DNA of 64,000 bases, taken from assembly GCA_900299195.1 (NCBI GenBank), contig OMIX01000098.1:92342-156341 (forward strand), in the 5' to 3' direction. The notes beneath the pieces were generated by a model. The model was not told the DNA's origin. It ran no database searches and worked only from the letters and a program-made list of their open reading frames with translations. A program made the translations under genes and the position numbers. Within the stretch, counting starts at the first letter, position 1. The number at the start of each line of letters is the position of its first letter. This DNA is from Deltaproteobacteria bacterium. GTDB lineage: Bacteria > Bdellovibrionota > FAC87 > UBA2466. Positions 9,548 through 18,423 of this stretch are shown here, piece after piece.

Positions 9548-10576
9548 ATGTCTTCCTCCGTTGAAACAGCCATGGTTCTAACTGCCGGGTTAGGAACTCG
9601 GTTACACCCTATCACCCATAAAATACCCAAGCCTCTGGTTTCTATTCTTAATATACCCAATATTTTACACGTTCTTTTTTTATTGAAAAAAAGTGGGGTT
9701 TCAAATGTGGTGATGAATCTTTTTCATCTGTCAGAAGAGATGGAAAGTTTTTTCAAAAAGAAACGTTTTTTTAATCTGAATTATACCTTTACTTATGAAA
9801 ATCCTATTCTTGGAACGGGAGGTGGCGTAAAAAACGCTGCTCACCTTTTTGGGGAAAAAACCTTCGTTCTAGCTAACTGCGATTTCGTTTCCAATATTGA
9901 TATCAAAAAATTCATCCTTAAGCATTTTGAAAAAAAGGCTAAGGCCTCGATGGTTTTAATACAAGATGAAACGAGACAACATCTCTACTCTAAGGTTGGG
10001 GTGAACGATCGTGAGCTTTTGGTTAGCTTACCCAAGCTCCAAACTCGTCAGGTTCACCAACATGGAATATTTACTGGAATTCACATTTTAGACCCAGAGG
10101 TCTTAAATCATATTGAAGCTAAGCCCTGCGGAATCAATGATACTCTCTATCCGTATCTCATGAAAAACCATCCAGAATCTGTTTGTGGTTTTATTGAGCC
10201 TTCAGCTTTTTGGTATGACACTGGAGACATCCCCGCATTCTTAGAAACTTCTCACAAACTCTTATTACAGCTTTCACAAAAAGACCCATTTCTTCTTGAG
10301 GTGTTCGCAGCGCTGGGTTTAGAACTAAAAGAATTAGGCCCAGGAATTTGGTCAAACTCCGAACTGACCCTGGATCCTAAACGGATTACAGGACCCGCTC
10401 TCATTGGAGAGAATGTTCAGTTTGGAAAAGGGGTTAGTGTTGGCCCCTTCACTGTTATTGGAGATCATTCTCGAATCGATGATTTAGCTAGCATCGAAAA
10501 TTCAGTGATTCTTCCTAAGTCTTGGGTGAAATCTGGTTCAAGATTAAACCAAACTCTTTTTTTTGAACCCCTTTAA
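9548..10576 (+). CDS. Sugar-1-phosphate nucleotidyltransferase with a C-terminal left-handed beta-helix (MurU or GDP-mannose pyrophosphorylase-like)
   Basis: N-terminal MVLTAGLGTRLHPITHKIPKPLV NTP-transferase signature and a C-terminal hexapeptide-repeat region (GENVQFGKGVSVGPFTVIGDHSRID). Sits 4 nt after the kinase gene. Confidence 0.6.
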   Translation: MSSSVETAMVLTAGLGTRLHPITHKIPKPLVSILNIPNILHVLFLLKKSGVSNVVMNLFHLSEEMESFFKKKRFFNLNYTFTYENPILGTGGGVKNAAHLFGEKTFVLANCDFVSNIDIKKFILKHFEKKAKASMVLIQDETRQHLYSKVGVNDRELLVSLPKLQTRQVHQHGIFTGIHILDPEVLNHIEAKPCGINDTLYPYLMKNHPESVCGFIEPSAFWYDTGDIPAFLETSHKLLLQLSQKDPFLLEVFAALGLELKELGPGIWSNSELTLDPKRITGPALIGENVQFGKGVSVGPFTVIGDHSRIDDLASIENSVILPKSWVKSGSRLNQTLFFEPL

Positions 10577-10638
10577 AAATACTAGGCTTACCGTCTAAAA
10601 AGACACTTTGATAAGCCCAGATCTTAAGTTCTTTATTT

Positions 10639-12285
10639 TTAACGACCAAGTCTGGAAGGGATCTGTCCTCGAGCCGAAGGATTAGCACCCATTCTACCTT
10701 GGATTCCGCTTCTTGCATTTCCTCTAAATCGAGATGGCATAACCCGAGGACCAAATCCAGTCGCACCTCGAGAAAATCTGGGGCCCGCAAAGTTTTGAAA
10801 TGCGTTGCCGACAGTTCCATTGACGTTAGCCACCCCATTTGCAGGGTAGGGGCCACGATTCATCATCATCTGTTGGAACATTTGATTTTGTTGTTGCATA
10901 GTTTGTAGCAAAGCTGCCGTTGTGGGATCAGGCTGAGGAACTGCAGGTCTGCTGGGAATATCGTCGTTAAACCGACTGGGTGTATAGGGCAAAATAGGCT
11001 GAGCCGGTCCATTGTTTGCCAGTGCTCCCATCGGGAAGGGTGGGGGCGGTGGCAACTGGGGCATGGGTTGTGGTTGAAACGGTTGTTGTTGACTAGGTGG
11101 AATGCTCACTGAGGGACTGATCTGCGGACCTTGTTCACTTCGATCAGAATTTCCCCTGGACACATTCGGACGCTGGGCTTGTCCCAAAGCACCTTGCAAG
11201 GCTCTTAATGCCTGAGCACTATCGTTGTTTTGGTCATCGAATTGCCTTCTTAAAAGCTCATCCTGAATTTCTCTATCGCGATCTCTATCATCAGTAGCTC
11301 TTCTAAGAGCATCTAAAGCCGCTTGAAGCTGATTATTTTGGAATCCTCCCAACGAAGGATCCGCTATAGGAACCTGATTGGGGGGAGTAAAAACTCCCGG
11401 CGTTTGAGCTCCGGGCAGTTGAGCCCCTGGATTTCCTCCACCTATGGAGGGATCAACTACAGGTGGAACTGGCTGAGAGTTGTCATTACTTGCTGAATTA
11501 GTAGTCCCTGATTGGGAAGACTGGGTTCCTTGGCTTTCAGTTGCCACCTCATCCAATTTGCACATTTTGGATTCTTCTTTAGAATCTTTGATAGCCTTTC
11601 TTACGCTATCTTCTTCAATCTGTTTTTCGTCCACTACTTTTTTATCCCAAGTGCCCCCTTGAATTATTTTAACTATAGAAACTAACTGGGATGAAAGATC
11701 TTTGTCTGCTTTTTCAAATTCTTTAATTCCTGCTTTAAACTTAGTTGCTTTATCTTCAAGAGCCTTTTGTATTCTGACCACCAAAGTATTGAGCTCTTTT
11801 TCTTTAACGGTTCCCTTGGAATCAAACTTGCCTATCACTTTTTGATCCTTAATGAAATCTAAGAATTGATTTAACGTTTTTAACAACTCTGAAGAAACCT
11901 TGTCCTCCGTCGCTGTTTCATTACATTTAACAAGCTTGTTGGCATAGGCTTTAACAGCTTCTATTTGTTTTTTTAGATCTAAAATTTTATCGGCGTCTAA
12001 CGTTACTGAGGCCGCATTTTCCTCTGCCTCTTTTTTAAATTGATAAACAATCGTAGAGCCTGCTTTTTGCTCCTCTAAAAACTTGATGAGTTCATCAAAG
12101 GTTGGAGAAACCTTTGCTTTGTCTGATGTACTTCGGCCGCCTGTTCCTGATTCAGCATTGTGCTCACCAGACCCATTCGGTTCGTCAGCATAGGATGGAT
12201 TGCCCCCACCCAAACAACAAAGAACGATTAAACTAACCGCCTTAACTTGATACCATTTCATCTTCAACCCCGCTTTCACAAGCAC
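10639..12285 (-). CDS. Secreted or lipoprotein with a coiled-coil N-terminal half and a Pro/Gln-rich, RG-rich low-complexity C-terminal half
   Basis: Signal peptide with a possible lipobox (VLCCLGG), a Lys/Glu-rich helical region, then PPSQQQPFQPQPMPQLPPPPPFP and a C-terminal RG-rich tail (RFRGNARSGIQGRMGANPSARGQIPSRLGR). Confidence 0.5.
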   Translation of the reverse strand: MLVKAGLKMKWYQVKAVSLIVLCCLGGGNPSYADEPNGSGEHNAESGTGGRSTSDKAKVSPTFDELIKFLEEQKAGSTIVYQFKKEAEENAASVTLDADKILDLKKQIEAVKAYANKLVKCNETATEDKVSSELLKTLNQFLDFIKDQKVIGKFDSKGTVKEKELNTLVVRIQKALEDKATKFKAGIKEFEKADKDLSSQLVSIVKIIQGGTWDKKVVDEKQIEEDSVRKAIKDSKEESKMCKLDEVATESQGTQSSQSGTTNSASNDNSQPVPPVVDPSIGGGNPGAQLPGAQTPGVFTPPNQVPIADPSLGGFQNNQLQAALDALRRATDDRDRDREIQDELLRRQFDDQNNDSAQALRALQGALGQAQRPNVSRGNSDRSEQGPQISPSVSIPPSQQQPFQPQPMPQLPPPPPFPMGALANNGPAQPILPYTPSRFNDDIPSRPAVPQPDPTTAALLQTMQQQNQMFQQMMMNRGPYPANGVANVNGTVGNAFQNFAGPRFSRGATGFGPRVMPSRFRGNARSGIQGRMGANPSARGQIPSRLGR

Positions 12286-12816
12286 TTTAAATTCGAGTGA
12301 AGCCTTTCAGCTTCAGCTCTCTCCTCCGCAAAATACACATATGGAACTTATTCACTGCAGGGTTGCAATGAGTGTTCCAGACTTCCGCCTGTGCGAGTAT
12401 GAGCCGTCTTTATGCTGTATTCGAAATGAGGGGTCTAAGTTTTAATGTTTTATTTTTTGACGTTTTTCGGATGCCTAACTTGTAGGTTATTGAAATCTTG
12501 TGTAGATTTTTAAACTCAGTTCTTTAAAATATAGGGTGTCAGTTAATTGAACACTCAAGATTTGAACCTGAGAATACAGGAATTTTTTTAAAAATTTCAA
12601 AGACTCAGAAACCATCACATCACAAGTTCAGTTAACAATTCGTCATGTTTGAAATGTAAATAAGTTGCTATCATTCTTGGGACACAAAAAACCGCCAACC
12701 GAGAGACCCCTAAAACGGCTTTTTTGTCTTATAATATCAGTGGTTTAACGGATTGGGGGCAGGGGGTCATACTCGTTGACTGCCCCCCACCCTTGTGTCA
12801 TAAACAGAGGCCTATT

Positions 12817-13737
12817 ATGGAAACTATCGATCAAAACGAAATCAAAACGGCAACGCCGGGTTCTTCTAGTTTTATGTTTCAAAACAGTCCCTCGATGCAA
12901 GAGCTGTTATTAAAACCCATCTCCAAAGACAACCCCATTGTAAATGATGCCAAGATTAGACGTTTATATCTTCAAGCCTCTTCCCAACAATGGTATGCCC
13001 CTCAGAAAATGAACTTTGATCTTCCTGTAGACCCAGACCCAGAGACCTGCAAAGTGTGGGCTCGAATTGCTGAAGTTTTTTATACCCTTGAAAAAATGGG
13101 CTTAAACGTAATCGCCAACATGATGCCCAAAGCCGCGGGAAAATTAAAAAGTGACGAAGTCGTTAACTACCTCGCCGTTCAATGTCATGATGAAGCACGC
13201 CACGTTTTTGTTGTGGAGAATTATTTAAAAAAACTTGGGGCTCCGCCTGTTTATAACTACAAATACCATGTACTAGGGCAAGCCGCCTCGATGGGTTTTT
13301 ATCGAGTTGAAAATTGGATGTTTTCAACTTTGTTTTCAGAAAATTTTGCTTCCGTATTTTTAAGAAGAGCCAAAGCGGGTCGAATCGATCCTTTTGGAGC
13401 TGAGATGTGCAGATACTTAATGATTGATGAAAGCCGTCATCTACATTTCTTGCATATCGTTCTCCCCGACGTCATGGACCGCTTGTCATTAATGGGAAAA
13501 ACTTATGTGAAGGCCGCTCAATTTTTCATTATGAAATTCAGTGAACTAGTTTCAAGAGGGCTTGCGTCCGATGCGGCCTACGTCGGAATTAATCGAAGAG
13601 ACATGTTAGAAGAAATTTTTGAAAATGTTGAAAAAGCTTATGAGGGGTTCGGAGTCACTCGGCAATTTTTACGCTTCCCCAAAATTACTGATTCTGGGGT
13701 TTCAACAGCTACAGTGTCTTATCCCTCGGTGAATTAG
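12817..13737 (+). CDS. Ferritin-like diiron-carboxylate protein (AurF-type or diiron oxygenase-like)
   Basis: Two E...ExxH motif pairs (LEKMG..DEARH and SENFA..DESRH) typical of four-helix-bundle diiron enzymes. ATG at 12817 follows a GAGG RBS; the ORF-track start of 12724 has no RBS. Confidence 0.45.
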   Translation: METIDQNEIKTATPGSSSFMFQNSPSMQELLLKPISKDNPIVNDAKIRRLYLQASSQQWYAPQKMNFDLPVDPDPETCKVWARIAEVFYTLEKMGLNVIANMMPKAAGKLKSDEVVNYLAVQCHDEARHVFVVENYLKKLGAPPVYNYKYHVLGQAASMGFYRVENWMFSTLFSENFASVFLRRAKAGRIDPFGAEMCRYLMIDESRHLHFLHIVLPDVMDRLSLMGKTYVKAAQFFIMKFSELVSRGLASDAAYVGINRRDMLEEIFENVEKAYEGFGVTRQFLRFPKITDSGVSTATVSYPSVN

Positions 13738-13746
13738 GTAGTTTGT

Positions 13747-13977
13747 ATGGCTGATAGAGAAGACCGTTACGAAGATAATATCCCTGGCAAATGGTACGTT
13801 GATAAAAAATGTATCCTTTGCAGTGTTTGTTCTGAAGCCGCTCCGAATAACTTTAAAGAAGCCCCAAGCGGGGATCATGACTTTGTTTATAAGCAACCTG
13901 AAACCCCTGAAGAAGAAATGCAATGTGAGGAGGCCATGGTAGCCTGCCCAGTCGAAGCTATTGGTAATGATGGCTAA
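13747..13977 (+). CDS. Small single-cluster [3Fe-4S]/[4Fe-4S] ferredoxin
   Basis: 76 aa with YVDKKCILCSVC ... ACPVEAI, the layout of 7-8 kDa ferredoxins that serve as redox partners. Confidence 0.6.
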   Translation: MADREDRYEDNIPGKWYVDKKCILCSVCSEAAPNNFKEAPSGDHDFVYKQPETPEEEMQCEEAMVACPVEAIGNDG

Positions 13978-15100
13978 CCCCAAAAACGTCCTTGTTGCCA
14001 TGAGTGGTTTCAAGGGAAGTCTTACTAACATTGAAGCCTGTCAATGTGTCGCTTCCGCTTTAAAAGATCTTAACTTAGCTCACTCTATTGTCCCCATCGG
14101 AGATGGCGGTAAGGGGACCGGCTTGGCCCTGAACCTGGCTCTTGGGGGTGAGTTTCATTCAATCGATTCGATCGATCCTTTGGGAAGACCCATCAGTGGT
14201 ACTCTTCTGTGTTTTCCAAATTCACAATCTCCCTCGAGAATCTACATCGAGAGTAGTTCTGTTTGTGGATACACTCTCATTAAGGAAGAAGAAAAAAACG
14301 CGTTACGAGCATCGAGTCGCGGTTTGGGGATAATGCTCAGAGAGTCTATTCTCCGTTGGAAGCACTCGCTTCAAGAAATCTGGATTGGGCTTGGTGATTC
14401 TGCCATCTCAGACATGGGAATGGGAATGCTTTCAGAGCTAGGAGTGCATTTTTTAAACTCAAAACAAGAACCGATCCCAGCCACCACTGATCATTTAGTT
14501 CACATAAATGCTTTTTCTCCACCCAGTCTTCACTTAAATTCTATTTCTTTAACTGTTCTTTGTGATGTATCAAATCCAGTTTGTGGCCCACAAGGAAGTG
14601 CGGTAACTTTTTCTCCCCAAAAGGGAGCAACTCCCGAACAAGTCGCTCTAATAGCTAGAGGCATGGAAAACTTTGCAACACGAATTGAAAACAAACTTCA
14701 TCGATCGCTAAAATACATTCCGATGACAGGATCTGCAGGGGGACTCTCTCCGGCTCTTTTTTCATTTTTCAATGCTAAATTAGTTCCTGGTTGTGAATTT
14801 CTACTTTCCGAAATCGGATTTGATGAAAAAATATCGCAGCATGATTGGGTTGTTACGGGAGAGGGAAGAACCGATGCCCAAACTCTCAAAGGAAAAGCTC
14901 CTGCCGTAGTTTTCGAACACTCAAGAAAACAAAACAAACAGTGTCTTTTTATTTCTGGATCGTTGGGTGAAGGATTAGACCCGATTTCGAAAGAAGGTGG
15001 GATGGTGGGGATTTATGCCTGCGGTAGAGAGCCCTCCGCCAAAGAAGCTTTAACTCGAAAAACTAGAGAGGTTTTCAGTCAGTTTAAAAGCAGTTTTTAG
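13961..15100 (+). CDS. Glycerate kinase
   Basis: 379 aa with the GarK/GlxK family signature VVTGEGRTDAQTLKGKAPAVV and N-terminal VLVAMSGFKGSL. Start overlaps the ferredoxin stop. Confidence 0.75.
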   Translation: MVMMANPKNVLVAMSGFKGSLTNIEACQCVASALKDLNLAHSIVPIGDGGKGTGLALNLALGGEFHSIDSIDPLGRPISGTLLCFPNSQSPSRIYIESSSVCGYTLIKEEEKNALRASSRGLGIMLRESILRWKHSLQEIWIGLGDSAISDMGMGMLSELGVHFLNSKQEPIPATTDHLVHINAFSPPSLHLNSISLTVLCDVSNPVCGPQGSAVTFSPQKGATPEQVALIARGMENFATRIENKLHRSLKYIPMTGSAGGLSPALFSFFNAKLVPGCEFLLSEIGFDEKISQHDWVVTGEGRTDAQTLKGKAPAVVFEHSRKQNKQCLFISGSLGEGLDPISKEGGMVGIYACGREPSAKEALTRKTREVFSQFKSSF

Positions 15101-15109
15101 GTGAGCGAA

Positions 15110-15469
15110 TTATTTGTCGGTGCCTGTTTTCTTTTCGGCATTATCGCCCAGATCGGAATACATGACCGACCTTACTGTCCATTCTTGGGTCTTCGCGGTT
15201 AGTTCAGTGGGCTGAACCATGAAGATGGTTTCCCAAGGACATATCTTTGCGCAAGCTTCACATCCAATACAACGGTCTTGATCTACTTCAACTACTCTCA
15301 TGAAGTCAGGATGTTCCACCCCGGGAACTTGTTCAATGCAATCCACCGGACAGACGGGGATACAAGCGTGGCAACCCGTGCATCCACGCTGGTCTATGAT
15401 CGCATGGGAACGGGGTGGTTTTTTTCGCTCTGCTTTTCCTTCAGCTGGATTTCCTGATCTCTTTTCCAT
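15110..15469 (-). CDS. 2x[4Fe-4S] dicluster ferredoxin
   Basis: Two CxxCxxCxxxCP motifs (CTGCHACIPVCP and CIGCEACAKICP). Confidence 0.65.
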   Translation of the reverse strand: MEKRSGNPAEGKAERKKPPRSHAIIDQRGCTGCHACIPVCPVDCIEQVPGVEHPDFMRVVEVDQDRCIGCEACAKICPWETIFMVQPTELTAKTQEWTVRSVMYSDLGDNAEKKTGTDK

Positions 15470-15515
15470 AGTTTCGTTCTTATCTTATCAGATAGCTTCT
15501 AGGCAAGCTATCCTA

Positions 15516-16295
15516 TCACTTCTCCCATTCCCCGACCTGTCTTTCTAACTCGCTGATTTCCCAACCATAAAAGCCGCAAGGGGGTGAAATCCAAACCTGG
15601 GGATGATCTTTGAAGAGGTGATTTAAGTTATTGTTTCCTGCCTTAAGCCCACCCCAAACCAAGTTTTTCCCTTTTTGGCAAAGCCAGCGACCATAGTTTT
15701 CCTCTTCCTGGGGAGTCATGGGGCTTTGAGTAAAATCAAAGGATAAAAAATCGAAAAAGTTAATATGGTCTACAAAGGGAAAGGGACGAAGAGTCGCACA
15801 ACTATGCACCCCAAGCTTAATATCCCAGTCAACCTCCTTCACCGATTGTAAAAAAGCTGTATAACCTTCACAAATATAGGGAAGAGCGCTATTCCAAAAG
15901 GGTTCGTCTATTTGTACCCACAACTCTCCTTGAAAAGCTGCCTCTCTCAACTGTTTGCGCAACCCTTTCCAGAAGCCAACCCATAGAGGGGCAACATCTA
16001 AAAACTTGGCACTCATCGAACGGGCCACCGTATAAGGACCGGCAATCTGAATTTTATAGCGAGGACTGTCAACAAACTCATTTTGAAACAACTCTAAACA
16101 GCTTGAAGCTTTTTCATCCCAAAAGCCAAGATCAATGCCTCGCAAAACCTGACCGATCATATCTTCTTGGGGATGGCTTTCCGGCAGCTGCGGAAGAAAG
16201 GGTAAATGGCTGGAATGTTTTTTGACAAATTCAATCGCTTCTATTGGGTTTGAATGAGGAAGGCTTCCCAAATAAAAGAGTTTTTCTTTGTTCAT
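15516..16295 (-). CDS. UroD/MetE-like (cobalamin-independent methionine synthase superfamily) protein of unknown function
   Basis: 259 aa with a WVQIDEP motif resembling the IQIDEPA box of the MetE/UroD-fold family, plus conserved His and Cys residues (LGVHSC, PPCGF). Starts 3 nt after the lipB stop. Confidence 0.35.
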   Translation of the reverse strand: MNKEKLFYLGSLPHSNPIEAIEFVKKHSSHLPFLPQLPESHPQEDMIGQVLRGIDLGFWDEKASSCLELFQNEFVDSPRYKIQIAGPYTVARSMSAKFLDVAPLWVGFWKGLRKQLREAAFQGELWVQIDEPFWNSALPYICEGYTAFLQSVKEVDWDIKLGVHSCATLRPFPFVDHINFFDFLSFDFTQSPMTPQEEENYGRWLCQKGKNLVWGGLKAGNNNLNHLFKDHPQVWISPPCGFYGWEISELERQVGEWEK

Positions 16296-16298
16296 GCG

Positions 16299-17051
16299 TT
16301 AATCAACTAAAGATGCAACAGGCTTTGTCTTTTTTTTACCTTTGGGACTCAACGCCATTTGTGCGGGCAATCTATTAAACTGCTTTGAAAAATGCTTAAT
16401 AAAACTTTCTTTTACCAGTGCTAAGGATGGGCTCTGATCCCCCAACTCTTCCTTCATTGAAGTCATCACACTTGCTTTAAATCCACAGGGATCAATTTTG
16501 GAAAACCCTGATAAATCGTTGTTTACGTTAAGAGCAGAACCATGAAAAGTGATCCAAGAGGATATGGCAATTCCAATACTCGCTATCTTCTTTTCTTTGC
16601 CCACAACCCAAACTCCTGTAGCTCCCTTTCGCCGCTCTCCTTCAATATTAAATTCTTTTAAAACGTGAATGAGGGTGTCCTCTAATCGTCTCAAGTGAAG
16701 ATGGGCATCTTTCTCCGATTCTTTTAATGACAATAAAGGATAACAAACCAATTGCCCCAGATTATGAAACGTAGCCTCTCCTCCTCGCTCGATGGCATAC
16801 GCATTTTTCAAATTCCAAGGAATTTCTCCTTTGCTCTTTCGTCCAAAAGTATAAACCTCAGGATGCTCGACTAAAATCAATCGATCTGGATAGTAACTGT
16901 TGACCTTTTTTTGATGAACGACGTCTAACTGAGTATAATAAACCTCGTTATAGTCACTGACTCCTCGATCATCGACCTCAAAAAAAGCTATCGGCACATT
17001 ACCCTCGCTTAGGTTTGTAAATGTGAATGGCTTTATAAAAAGCGGCTTCAA
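16299..17051 (-). CDS. lipB: Octanoyltransferase (lipoyl-protein ligase B)
   Basis: RGGEATFHNLGQLVCYPLL and KIASIGIAIS (catalytic Lys region) match LipB. The N-terminal start is uncertain; the ORF-track start overlaps lpdA by about 50 nt. Confidence 0.75.
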   Translation of the reverse strand: MKPLFIKPFTFTNLSEGNVPIAFFEVDDRGVSDYNEVYYTQLDVVHQKKVNSYYPDRLILVEHPEVYTFGRKSKGEIPWNLKNAYAIERGGEATFHNLGQLVCYPLLSLKESEKDAHLHLRRLEDTLIHVLKEFNIEGERRKGATGVWVVGKEKKIASIGIAISSWITFHGSALNVNNDLSGFSKIDPCGFKASVMTSMKEELGDQSPSLALVKESFIKHFSKQFNRLPAQMALSPKGKKKTKPVASLVD

Positions 17052-18423
17052 CAGCTTCTGGCATCACTTCGGGTAATGTTGGGTGCGTGTGAATCGTTCG
17101 CACTAAATCTTCCACCGTTGCTCCCATTTCAATCGCTAATGCAGCTTCGGCAATCAAATTTGAGGCCTCAGGCCCTACGATGTGAACCCCTAAAATAGCC
17201 TCGGTTTTGTCGTCGATAACAACCTTAACGAGACCATCCGAATCGTTCATCGCCAAGGCTTTTCCAGAAGCAGCAAAGGGGAACCTTCCAACTCTGACTG
17301 TAAATCCTTTTTCAGTGGCCTCTTTTTCGGTAAGTCCGGCAACTGCGATCTCTGGATCACAAAAGACCGCCCAAGGAACGGTTTTATAATCTTTAAACGA
17401 AGGCTCTCCTGCTATCGTCTGTGCTACCAATAAACCATCCATGGTTGCTCGATGGGCTAATTGCGGAGCCCCAGCAACATCCCCGATCGCAAAAATATGA
17501 GAAATATTCGTCAGGCTTTGGTTGTTGGTGAGGATATTCCCTCTGGGATCCAGCTTAATTCCAATTTTCTCCAAACCCATATTGTCTGAATTGGGTTTTC
17601 TTCCTACAGACACTAAAATGACATCGGCGGGTAGAGTAAGCTTCGATTTATCTTTTGTTTCAATTTCTAAATTGAGTTTACTAGCCTTTAAAGCATCCTT
17701 TTCTTTAATCCCCAGGGCTTTAGCACCCGTATGAACTGTGATTCCAAAGTGCTTCATTTTTTTTTGAACCACAGAAACTAATTCGTTGTCCACTGTAGCC
17801 AAAAGCTGATCGAGAGCTTCAACGATGGTCACTTTCGATCCTAGCTTCGCGTAAACAGTTCCAATCTCAATTCCAATAAATCCGCCACCAATCACCACCA
17901 TCTCTTTAGGAAGGTTTTTTAGAGACAGTGCTTCAGTAGAACTTACAATGTTCTTCCCGTTGAAGGGGAGAGTAGGAATCTGGGCTACCCGAGAACCCGT
18001 TGCGATCACAAAGTGTTTCGCAGTGACCGTTTCTTTTCCGCCGCTCGAAGTAATTTCAAGAGTTTTACTATCTTTAAAAGAAGCTGTGCCTTTAAGGATC
18101 TCAACGCCATTAGCCTTAAGAAGACCTTGAACTCCACTGGTGAGTTTTTTAACAACCCCCCCTTTCCACTCTTGCATTTTTTCCAGATCGCACTCTACTG
18201 ACTTTGCGGTAATGCCCATTTCATGGGCTTCGTTTTTCATCTTAAAAAACTGCGAACTTCCATAGATCAGAGCTTTGGACGGAATACAACCCACATTTAA
18301 ACAAACCCCACCAAAATTTTCCTTTTCGATAATGGCAGTCTTTTTTCCAAGTTGAGCCAATCGAATGGCCGTAGGATATCCCCCCGGGCCCGCTCCAATC
18401 ACCACAGCATCAAAAGTTTTCAT
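16999..18423 (-). CDS. lpdA: Dihydrolipoyl dehydrogenase (E3)
   Basis: VVIGAGPGGY FAD motif and the redox-active disulfide GGVCLNVGCIPSKAL. 474 aa. Confidence 0.9.
   Translation of the reverse strand: MKTFDAVVIGAGPGGYPTAIRLAQLGKKTAIIEKENFGGVCLNVGCIPSKALIYGSSQFFKMKNEAHEMGITAKSVECDLEKMQEWKGGVVKKLTSGVQGLLKANGVEILKGTASFKDSKTLEITSSGGKETVTAKHFVIATGSRVAQIPTLPFNGKNIVSSTEALSLKNLPKEMVVIGGGFIGIEIGTVYAKLGSKVTIVEALDQLLATVDNELVSVVQKKMKHFGITVHTGAKALGIKEKDALKASKLNLEIETKDKSKLTLPADVILVSVGRKPNSDNMGLEKIGIKLDPRGNILTNNQSLTNISHIFAIGDVAGAPQLAHRATMDGLLVAQTIAGEPSFKDYKTVPWAVFCDPEIAVAGLTEKEATEKGFTVRVGRFPFAASGKALAMNDSDGLVKVVIDDKTEAILGVHIVGPEASNLIAEAALAIEMGATVEDLVRTIHTHPTLPEVMPEAVEAAFYKAIHIYKPKRG

Noticed and set aside
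10577-10638. A possible terminator between the convergent nucleotidyltransferase and Pro-rich lipoprotein genes (GTCTaaaaAGAC).
   Set aside because: The stem is only 4 bp and there is no clear U-tract, which is too weak to call.
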